From positions 54,924 to 118,923 of the forward strand of contig CAYXJS010000001.1 of the NCBI GenBank assembly GCA_964465045.1: a stretch of DNA of 64,000 nt, given 5' to 3'. Of the stretch, positions 9,608 through 16,492 are shown piece after piece. The notes under the pieces are model-generated. The model was not told the DNA's origin. It did not search any database and saw nothing but the letters and a program-made list of their open reading frames with translations. The number at the start of each line of letters is the position of its first letter. Positions within the stretch are counted from its first letter, which is position 1. The position numbers were made by a program, and so were the translations under genes. Source of the stretch: an uncultured Bacteroidales bacterium (GTDB lineage Bacteria; Bacteroidota; Bacteroidia; Bacteroidales; JAIPAH01).

Positions 9608-10414
9608 ATGAAAAATTTCATTTTAGCTCTCCTTACAGTTGCTTTGCTTTCAGGTTGCAATGAAGGCAGTCCTGAAAAACAGCCAAAAGATAATAATATA
9701 GAGTCTCATGAGGCACTTCAGTCTACACTTTACCATCAAACTGCCGCAGAAATGCGTGCGCTTTCTTATCAGGCTTTCAACCTGGCACGCTATCGGCTTG
9801 ACCAATCGCTCAGAAAGGCCGGATTATCAAAGCAGCAAGCTGTTGTTGTAGATATTGACGAAACCGTATTGGATAACAGCCCGCACCAGGCCAGGCTTAT
9901 TATGGAAAACAAAAGATACCCTGAATATTGGGCTGCGTGGTGCAATAAAGCAGAAGCGAATCCCTTGCCGGGAGCAGTAGAGTTTTTGAATTATGCGCAT
10001 GAAAAAGGTGTAGAAGTCTTTTATGTTTCTAACCGTCATGACTCCCTCAGAAAGCCTACGCTTAAAAACTTGCGGCATCTTGATTTTCCCTCAGCGGATG
10101 ACGATCATATTTTCCTGAAAACAACAACATCAGGAAAAAAGGAAAGGCGTGATAAAATCAGTGAAAACCACGAGATTGTTTTGCTTATAGGTGATAACCT
10201 GGCCGACTTTTCAGAAGTATTTGAGGGAGGAACTATTTTAGAGCGTTTCGAAAATGCGGATAAATACAAGGACGCATTCGGAAGCCGTTTTATCGTATTA
10301 CCTAATGCTATGTATGGCGATTGGGAAGGAGCTGCGATTAATTACAGCTACGGAGCTTCAAAGGATGCGCTGCTTAAAAAGAAAATGGATAAGCTGGAGC
10401 CGTTTGGCGATTAA
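9608..10414 (+). CDS. 5'-nucleotidase / class C acid phosphatase, lipoprotein e(P4) family (HAD superfamily)
   Basis: Lipobox MKNFILALLTVALLSGC at ATG 9608. DDDD motifs VVVDIDETVLDNSP and GDNLADF. Confidence 0.85.
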   Translation: MKNFILALLTVALLSGCNEGSPEKQPKDNNIESHEALQSTLYHQTAAEMRALSYQAFNLARYRLDQSLRKAGLSKQQAVVVDIDETVLDNSPHQARLIMENKRYPEYWAAWCNKAEANPLPGAVEFLNYAHEKGVEVFYVSNRHDSLRKPTLKNLRHLDFPSADDDHIFLKTTTSGKKERRDKISENHEIVLLIGDNLADFSEVFEGGTILERFENADKYKDAFGSRFIVLPNAMYGDWEGAAINYSYGASKDALLKKKMDKLEPFGD

Positions 10415-10492
10415 TTGTTTACAAGTACCTAAGTAACGGATCGGTTTCAGATTTTATTAGCTTATCAGTTAATCCTTCGTATTTATTGACAA

Positions 10493-10540
10493 AAAATCAC
10501 AAATAACAAACTACAAAACACAAATAATAAACAATATCAA
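10493..10540. repeat. Left arm of the imperfect inverted repeat bracketing the four-helix-bundle gene
   Basis: AAAATCACAAATAACAAACTACAAAACACAAATAATAAACAATATCAA. Its reverse complement aligns with 10929..10970, sharing blocks TTGATATT, TTATTTGTGTTTTG and ATTTGTGATTTT. Confidence 0.8.
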
Positions 10541-10560
10541 AATTTCAAACACGAAACAAA

Positions 10561-10920
10561 CTACTTTGATTTTTCAATAATTGCAGAGAAAATTTTCTTT
10601 AATTGAACAGCCTCTTCCTGCAATTCTATGCCTTCTTTGTCATAATCTTGCTGATTTGTTTCATAAATTAACCGAAGAAAATATGCGCTCTCTTTTGCTT
10701 CTTTTCTGCATATTTTAACTCTCACCATAAAATCTTTTTTACTTAGTGCTTCATTTGCTTCAATATAATTAGCCCCAACTGAACCAGACGCTCTGATTAC
10801 TTGTTTCCCATCTTCAATGTCTGCCATTGATTTAGGTAGTTTTTTGACATATAATCTCACACGTTTTGCAAACTGAAAAGTCCTTTCTTCTAAATCATAT
10901 ATAGGTTTTGAGTTTGTCAT
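10561..10920 (-). CDS. Four-helix-bundle protein (23S rRNA intervening-sequence protein family, TIGR02436/PF05635-like)
   Basis: 119 aa. DLEERTFQFAKRV...IRASGSVGANYIEANEALSKKDF...ICRKEAKESAYFLRL matches the family signature. Confidence 0.85.
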   Translation of the reverse strand: MTNSKPIYDLEERTFQFAKRVRLYVKKLPKSMADIEDGKQVIRASGSVGANYIEANEALSKKDFMVRVKICRKEAKESAYFLRLIYETNQQDYDKEGIELQEEAVQLKKIFSAIIEKSK

Positions 10921-10928
10921 TTCGCTAA

Positions 10929-10970
10929 TTGATATTTATTTGTTATTTGTGTTTTGAGATTTGTGATTTT
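10929..10970. repeat. Right arm of the imperfect inverted repeat bracketing the four-helix-bundle gene
   Basis: TTGATATTTATTTGTTATTTGTGTTTTGAGATTTGTGATTTT, the complement partner of 10493..10540. Confidence 0.8.
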
Positions 10971-11030
10971 ATTAATTGATTGTGGCTTTTCCACATTGGG
11001 GTATTTGCTATATCTTAAGTAATATCAATT

Positions 11031-11378
11031 TTAATTCTGGTTTTTCTGAAAATCTTCATCTGCAGAAAGTAAAGGCAAATCCAGGTATAGAGCAGTAGAA
11101 GCTATAATTGCATCTGGAAGCTTGATGCTATATCTTTGCATAAGTTCTTTCACCAAATTCTTTATTGGCGGTGTGATTTCTGAAATAAAGCAATTCTCTA
11201 ACAATATGTTTATCTCATTGATTTCCTCTTTGGAAAGTCCTTGCTTTCCAAACAACTCAAGTTCTGAAATTACCGATAACCAAACTTGCTTCTGATCCAG
11301 AAATTCAGCTATATCTCCATTTCCATCTAATAAATAGATTATTGGATTCGTATCTGTTAAAATACTAATCCCATTCAT
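11031..11378 (-). CDS. vapC: PIN-domain toxin (VapC-like ribonuclease)
   Basis: 115 aa. Acidic PIN residues sit in LTDTN, SELEL, LPDAII and SADEDF. Confidence 0.85.
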   Translation of the reverse strand: MNGISILTDTNPIIYLLDGNGDIAEFLDQKQVWLSVISELELFGKQGLSKEEINEINILLENCFISEITPPIKNLVKELMQRYSIKLPDAIIASTALYLDLPLLSADEDFQKNQN

Positions 11379-11520
11379 CCCTTAATCTTTTTTGATAGGT
11401 AAGAGCATCTTCTTTCCACTTTACTTTCCCTAAATGTCTTTTTGCGTTAAATTTCTTGGTGTTTTTCAACTTTCGCAAAGCTTTATTCAATCTCTCCTTA
11501 TTCATTCCTTTTTTAACCAT
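11365..11520 (-). CDS. Putative antitoxin (51 aa, or 54 aa from ATG 11529); below the size cutoff of the ORF track
   Basis: My translation is MVKKGMNKERLNKALRKLKNTKKFNAKRHLGKVKWKEDALTYQKRLRDEWD*. The stop lies 14 nt inside the PIN gene (ATGAATGGGATTAG overlap). A -7 box lies at 11549..11556. Confidence 0.5.
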   Translation of the reverse strand: MVKKGMNKERLNKALRKLKNTKKFNAKRHLGKVKWKEDALTYQKRLRDEWD

Positions 11521-11548
11521 AATAACCATAGAACGAATTATTTTCTTT

Positions 11549-11556
11549 CAAATATA
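11549..11556 (-). promoter_or_regulatory. -7 promoter box (TATATTTG on the minus strand) for the antitoxin-PIN pair
   Basis: Exact TAnnTTTG match, 19 nt upstream of ATG 11529. Confidence 0.4.
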
Positions 11557-11730
11557 ATTCTTTTTAAAACTAAATCATATCCAAAACCAAATAATTGTAA
11601 TAAACCATTCAACAGAAGTACTCTTGATATTGAATATCTCTGCGTTATGCTCTTTAACTTCCAAAATGCTAGTAAGTTTGATCTATATCAGAAGGATTAA
11701 TGCTTTTTTGAAATCGCTTTTTTTTGAAGC

Positions 11731-12024
11731 TTATTTTTCTTCAACAAGAAAGACATCTTCGTTTTCTTTCTTCATTTTGTATTTTTCCCGGGCATGTTTT
11801 TCCAGGCTGTCCATATTAGAATTCAATGTTCTGATAAGCATGCTGTCTGATTGTATTTCCTTCTGATAGAAAGTCTTCTGTTGTTCCAGCTCCTCTATTT
11901 TGTTTTTCAGCAAAACCTGCCTGGAAATGTTGAAATCATCCAAAAACAATATCCACACAGCAAACAACAATACCAAAAACAATATAACGCGCTTTCGCGT
12001 AACGGCTTTTTTTAACATCATCAC
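11731..12024 (-). CDS. FtsB/DivIC-type septum formation initiator family protein
   Basis: Single N-terminal TM (VILFLVLLFAVWILFL) followed by a coiled coil. The GTG/ATG start cluster overlaps the stop of the upstream HD gene. Confidence 0.7.
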   Translation of the reverse strand: MMMLKKAVTRKRVILFLVLLFAVWILFLDDFNISRQVLLKNKIEELEQQKTFYQKEIQSDSMLIRTLNSNMDSLEKHAREKYKMKKENEDVFLVEEK

Positions 12025-12599
12025 AATCCTAAATCATCACTAATCTTTTTCATGCCTTCCATCGCTATCAAAATAAACGCTTGTAAAGATAATCCTATTT
12101 TTTCACATTCCATGATGTTATCGCGATTAACAGAAGCCGCAAATCCTTTCTGTTTCATGCGTTTTGCAACGGATTTGGGTTTAACCGAAGCCAGCTTTTT
12201 ATCGGGATAAACCAGGGTAGTGGCTGTAATCATTCCCGTGATAGTTTCCGCGGCTGCCAGCGCATGATCAAGCTCAGTTTTTCTTTTCCGGTCTTCGGCC
12301 ATATCATTATGGCGGATTATAGCCTGGAGCATATCGTCATCTGCGTTTTTCTCACTCAAAATCCGGGTAGTAACCAAACCATGTTGCTGCGGGTCCTCTT
12401 CCGTTTCTTCTGCATCCAAATCATGCAGCAAGCCGGTCATGGCCCACTTGTGCACATCCTTACCCAGATTCTCTGCCAACTCCCTCATCACAGCTTCAGA
12501 AGCAAGGCAGTGTTTACGCATGTTTTCTCCTTTAACATGCTCAAATAAAAGCTCAAGCGCTTTTTCTCTTGATGGTATCATGCCGAAAATATTTTTCAT
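12021..12599 (-). CDS. HD/HDIG-domain phosphohydrolase
   Basis: The HD motif LLHDLD is present together with RHN further on. 192 aa. ATGA overlap with ppx. Confidence 0.8.
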   Translation of the reverse strand: MKNIFGMIPSREKALELLFEHVKGENMRKHCLASEAVMRELAENLGKDVHKWAMTGLLHDLDAEETEEDPQQHGLVTTRILSEKNADDDMLQAIIRHNDMAEDRKRKTELDHALAAAETITGMITATTLVYPDKKLASVKPKSVAKRMKQKGFAASVNRDNIMECEKIGLSLQAFILIAMEGMKKISDDLGL

Positions 12600-13504
12600 G
12601 CGAAATTACACATTTCACTATTTTTTTCCACAGAAAGAAACAAGTCTGTTATCAACCCATCGGCTACGCCAATTTTAGGAGCTTCGGTGAATCCTGCCTT
12701 TATTTGCTGCATGATTCCCCTGAAAATACGGGCTGCCGGAACAATCACATCAGCGCGGTCTTCACGCAGATGATACCTCCACATTCGCTCGCCTACAGTC
12801 ATTGTTTCCATTTGCTGAATGGCCAGGTCCAGTTCTTCGTATAAAATGATACGGTTTTTGAAGTCTCCGTAAAGCTTTACCAGTTTATTAATATTACCTC
12901 CTGAGCCTACCAGGTGTATATTACCATAATAGTCCTTAAATTGTTGCAACCATGTTTTCATCCTTTTTTGTACTTCATCATAAAAATTTCCGTTTGCCAT
13001 GCGCAGGGTGCCAACTGGAAAAGACTCTTCAGCAACCAGGGTTGAACCGCACAGAACCGAAATTTCAGTACTGCCTCCTCCCACATCCACAAACATGGTA
13101 TAATCAAAACCCTGACGAGGTTGAATCTTACCTGTATTGCGAATAAGCCTTGCTTCTTCCAGGCCGTCAATCAGTTTCATTTCTATACCTGTAAGTTTTC
13201 TGACCTTCTGCAGCAGCGCAATGCCGTTTTCTGCCTCACGCATGGCGGCTGTAGCGCATACGGCATATGCTTCCGGTTTATAAATATGAAGTAAATGTTT
13301 ATACGCTTGCATGGTATCCAAAAACATATCACTGCGTTCCCGGCTGATCTTACCACTCTGATAAACATCCTTACCAAGCCTCAAAGGCACCCTGATTAGA
13401 TTTTGCTTTTGCTGAATAACATGTTCATTATTCCGGGATACATTTGAGATCAGCAATCTTGCGGCATTAGAGCCAACATCAATAGCAGCCAACAAACGGC
13501 TCAT
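12596..13504 (-). CDS. ppx: Exopolyphosphatase (Ppx/GppA family, short form)
   Basis: N-terminal AAIDVGSNAARLLI and VDVGGGSTE actin-like ATPase motifs. ATGA overlap with ppk1. Confidence 0.85.
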   Translation of the reverse strand: MSRLLAAIDVGSNAARLLISNVSRNNEHVIQQKQNLIRVPLRLGKDVYQSGKISRERSDMFLDTMQAYKHLLHIYKPEAYAVCATAAMREAENGIALLQKVRKLTGIEMKLIDGLEEARLIRNTGKIQPRQGFDYTMFVDVGGGSTEISVLCGSTLVAEESFPVGTLRMANGNFYDEVQKRMKTWLQQFKDYYGNIHLVGSGGNINKLVKLYGDFKNRIILYEELDLAIQQMETMTVGERMWRYHLREDRADVIVPAARIFRGIMQQIKAGFTEAPKIGVADGLITDLFLSVEKNSEMCNFA

Positions 13505-15594
13505 ATATCCTCCTTTTGCACGCGTTTTTCTTTTTTATAGTGTGTCTTTCTCAAATAATTATATATCTCAACCTGCGAGCGAACAGACTTCTCATCAGAT
13601 ATTTTACGATACTGGTTCGGATTATCCCTGGAAATGACCCGGGCTTTCTGATTATCCTGCATCTGTATCTGCAACATGGTATAAAGCTCTTTTTGAATAT
13701 CTTTATCAAGCACCGGACAGGTTGTTTCAATGCGGTTATCAAAGTTCCGGGGCATCCAGTCAGCCGAAGTAATATAGTAAAGCGGATGGTTGTTATTAGA
13801 AAACACCAGCACCCGAGAGTGCTCCAAAAACCGGTCTACAATACTAAATGCAACAATGTTCTCGCTAAGCCCTTTTATACCGGGAATGGCAACGCAAATG
13901 CTGCGCACAATAAGTGTAAGTTTTACACCGGCCTGGCTGGCTTCGTAGAGTTTTTTTGTAATTGTTTGATCTGTAATGTTATTCAGTTTGATAATAGCCC
14001 AAGCATCCTTTCCTTGCCGGGCATTCTCTATCTCGCTGTCAAGCAATCCCATAAAGAAGTTCCGCTGATTAAACGGCGATATCACAAGATGATTGAGTTC
14101 CGGCTGAGTATAACGTTCTTCAAAGAGCTGAAAAATCCGGTCTACATCTTCAGTTATGCTTTGATCAGATGTAAAAAGCGAATCATCAGCATACAATTTA
14201 GCCGTAGATTCATTAAAATTACCGGTGCTGATATTGGCATAACTCATGTAACCTTCTTCTTCGCGGCGTTTTACCAGAATCAATTTGCTGTGTACCTTAT
14301 AACCCGGAATAGCCTGTATGACCTTTACTCCTTCATCTTTAAACTTTCCTGTAAGCTGGATATTGGCTTCTTCATCGAAGCGTGCCTGCAGCTCCATAAA
14401 CACCGTAACGGCTTTTCCGCTGCGGGCTGCATTAATAAGCGCATTCACCACATTAGAGTATTTCGCTGTGCGATAAAAAGTCATTTTTATGGCTGTAACT
14501 TTCGGATCAATAGATACTTCGCGAAGCCAGTCAATGATATGCTGAAACGATTGATAAGGATAATGAAGGCAAATATCCTTGTTTTTTATTTTTTGAATAA
14601 TGCTCTGATTAATGGGCAAATCAGGATGAAACATCGGCGCCATCTTATCAAAGTACAGGTGCGGCTTATCAAACTTCGGGAAATCCATAAAATCCTTAAA
14701 ATTATGATAACGCCCTCCGGCCCTGATATCATCATCATTTTTCAACTTCAGTTTCTTACGTAACTTATCTAATAATTTTTGAGGCATGGTTTCATCATAA
14801 ACAAAACGTACCGGATTTCCGCGCTTTCGTTTCTTGATACTTTCGGCCATAGCCTCTATAAAAGTTTTGGACACATCATAATCCACATCCAGTTCTGCAT
14901 CCCGTGTAAATTTGACGGTATAGGCATTAAAGGTGTCGTATCCAAAAACCCCGAAAACATCATCCAAACAATAGCGGATAATATCATCCAGCAAAATGAT
15001 AAATTGCTGACCCATTTGTGATTTCAGAGTATAAAAACGAGAATGAACCTTAGAAGGCACTTTTGCCAGTGCATAATCTACCTTGTCAGGTTCATCAGAG
15101 CTCCGGCACTCTATAGCCAGGTAGATAGAGCGGTCTTTAAGCGTGCTGATATTTTCCAGGGAGTTAAGCATCATTGGGAAAAGATAAGGCCTTACCTTAT
15201 CACGAAAATATTTTCGTACTTCATGCCCTTGCTCATCAGATAACTGCGTTTCATTAAGTAAAACAATGTTTTCGCGATAAAGCTCCACCACCAATTTACG
15301 ATATGCCCATGTAAAGGTTTTTTCCTGTTCTTTAACAATAGTACTTATTCTGTCCAGCACATCCTGAACAGCTTGTTCATTGCCCCCCTCGATTTCGCGC
15401 AGTTTTTTCAGCCGCTTCAATGTTGCAATTCGGACCCTGAAAAACTCATCGCGGTTATTGGAAAATATACCCATAAATTTCACCCTCTCCAACAAAGGAT
15501 TGGATTCGTCGATCGCTTCCTGCAGAACCCTCTCGTTAAAATGGAGCCAACTGATCTCGCGATTAACCAGTTTTTGATTATCTAATTCAATCAT
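13501..15594 (-). CDS. ppk1: Polyphosphate kinase 1
   Basis: 697 aa. NREISWLHFNERVLQEA N-terminus and two PLD-like HxK regions (e.g. KVHSKLILV). Confidence 0.95.
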   Translation of the reverse strand: MIELDNQKLVNREISWLHFNERVLQEAIDESNPLLERVKFMGIFSNNRDEFFRVRIATLKRLKKLREIEGGNEQAVQDVLDRISTIVKEQEKTFTWAYRKLVVELYRENIVLLNETQLSDEQGHEVRKYFRDKVRPYLFPMMLNSLENISTLKDRSIYLAIECRSSDEPDKVDYALAKVPSKVHSRFYTLKSQMGQQFIILLDDIIRYCLDDVFGVFGYDTFNAYTVKFTRDAELDVDYDVSKTFIEAMAESIKKRKRGNPVRFVYDETMPQKLLDKLRKKLKLKNDDDIRAGGRYHNFKDFMDFPKFDKPHLYFDKMAPMFHPDLPINQSIIQKIKNKDICLHYPYQSFQHIIDWLREVSIDPKVTAIKMTFYRTAKYSNVVNALINAARSGKAVTVFMELQARFDEEANIQLTGKFKDEGVKVIQAIPGYKVHSKLILVKRREEEGYMSYANISTGNFNESTAKLYADDSLFTSDQSITEDVDRIFQLFEERYTQPELNHLVISPFNQRNFFMGLLDSEIENARQGKDAWAIIKLNNITDQTITKKLYEASQAGVKLTLIVRSICVAIPGIKGLSENIVAFSIVDRFLEHSRVLVFSNNNHPLYYITSADWMPRNFDNRIETTCPVLDKDIQKELYTMLQIQMQDNQKARVISRDNPNQYRKISDEKSVRSQVEIYNYLRKTHYKKEKRVQKEDI

Positions 15595-15612
15595 GCACTT
15601 CCTTTATATTTC

Positions 15613-16116
15613 TTATTTTTTCCTTTTTAGCATCCGCGGCATAATAAAAAACCGCAAGCTGCTTTTAAGAGAAGAAATTTCTTCCCAGCGCTCTATGTCA
15701 AAATCAATACAAACCACGCCTGAAGTAGGAATGTTATCAATCTTTGGAATAATAAAATGATTTGCAAAGCTCGTTAACGTAGGATTATGACCAACTATCA
15801 TAAGCGAATCCACACCCGTTGGCAAATCAAAAAATAAATTTTGTAAACGTTCCGCATCCGCTAAATAAAGCAAACTATCGCGCTGGATTTCTGCTTCTTC
15901 ATGCTTAAGGGCTTTGCCCACAATTTTGGCTGTTTCATAAGCCCTCACCGCCGGACTGGAGATAATATAATCCACAACTGTTTTATGTTGAAGCAAGTAA
16001 TCTATCACACGCTTCGTTCGCTTTTTCCCTTTTTCCAGTAAAGGCCGCTGATCATCAGGCAGCTCAGGATAATCCCACGACGACTTGGCATGTCTTACTA
16101 TATACAATGTTTTCAT
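15613..16116 (-). CDS. sixA: Histidine phosphatase family protein (SixA-like)
   Basis: LYIVRHAKS catalytic RHG-type motif, and GHNP later on. 167 aa. Confidence 0.8.
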   Translation of the reverse strand: MKTLYIVRHAKSSWDYPELPDDQRPLLEKGKKRTKRVIDYLLQHKTVVDYIISSPAVRAYETAKIVGKALKHEEAEIQRDSLLYLADAERLQNLFFDLPTGVDSLMIVGHNPTLTSFANHFIIPKIDNIPTSGVVCIDFDIERWEEISSLKSSLRFFIMPRMLKRKK

Positions 16117-16492
16117 AGGCTATAATTATAGATGTGAAACTCCATTGGCATAAAAATAAGTAAAAATTCTACATAAATCACTGAAAACACATTCATCAGG
16201 CTCTTCAGATTCATAAATACACAGGTTTAACAATATTTACAGGCGAATGTTAAGTTTTCGTAATAAACTCAATATTTTTATTTTGGCCTAAAATTGGCTT
16301 GGTATATTTTTGAGAGTTAAGCTCTAATTTGAAAGAAGGGATATTTTTTGATAACAATAATTAAACCACAAACTGATGCAACAATTTCTTAATAAATTTC
16401 GTCTAATATGTGTTACTTTTGGCTGTTTTCAGGATATATAAGTGAGAGAGTTTATAATTCGGGATTATTAATCATTTATTTAAAGAGTTGAA

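Noticed and set aside
10493-10970. The inverted repeats as a Bacteroides-style invertible promoter (phase-variation shufflon)
   Set aside because: No site-specific recombinase is encoded nearby. The arms enclose a whole gene rather than a promoter, and the arms are imperfect with indels. This cannot be excluded without read-level inversion evidence.
13516-14763. 415-aa ORF on the plus strand
   Set aside because: It lies entirely antisense to ppk1, whose minus-strand translation has unmistakable polyphosphate-kinase motifs. The plus-strand product is I/F/K/N-rich low-complexity sequence with no recognisable domain. It is a typical shadow ORF in AT-rich DNA.
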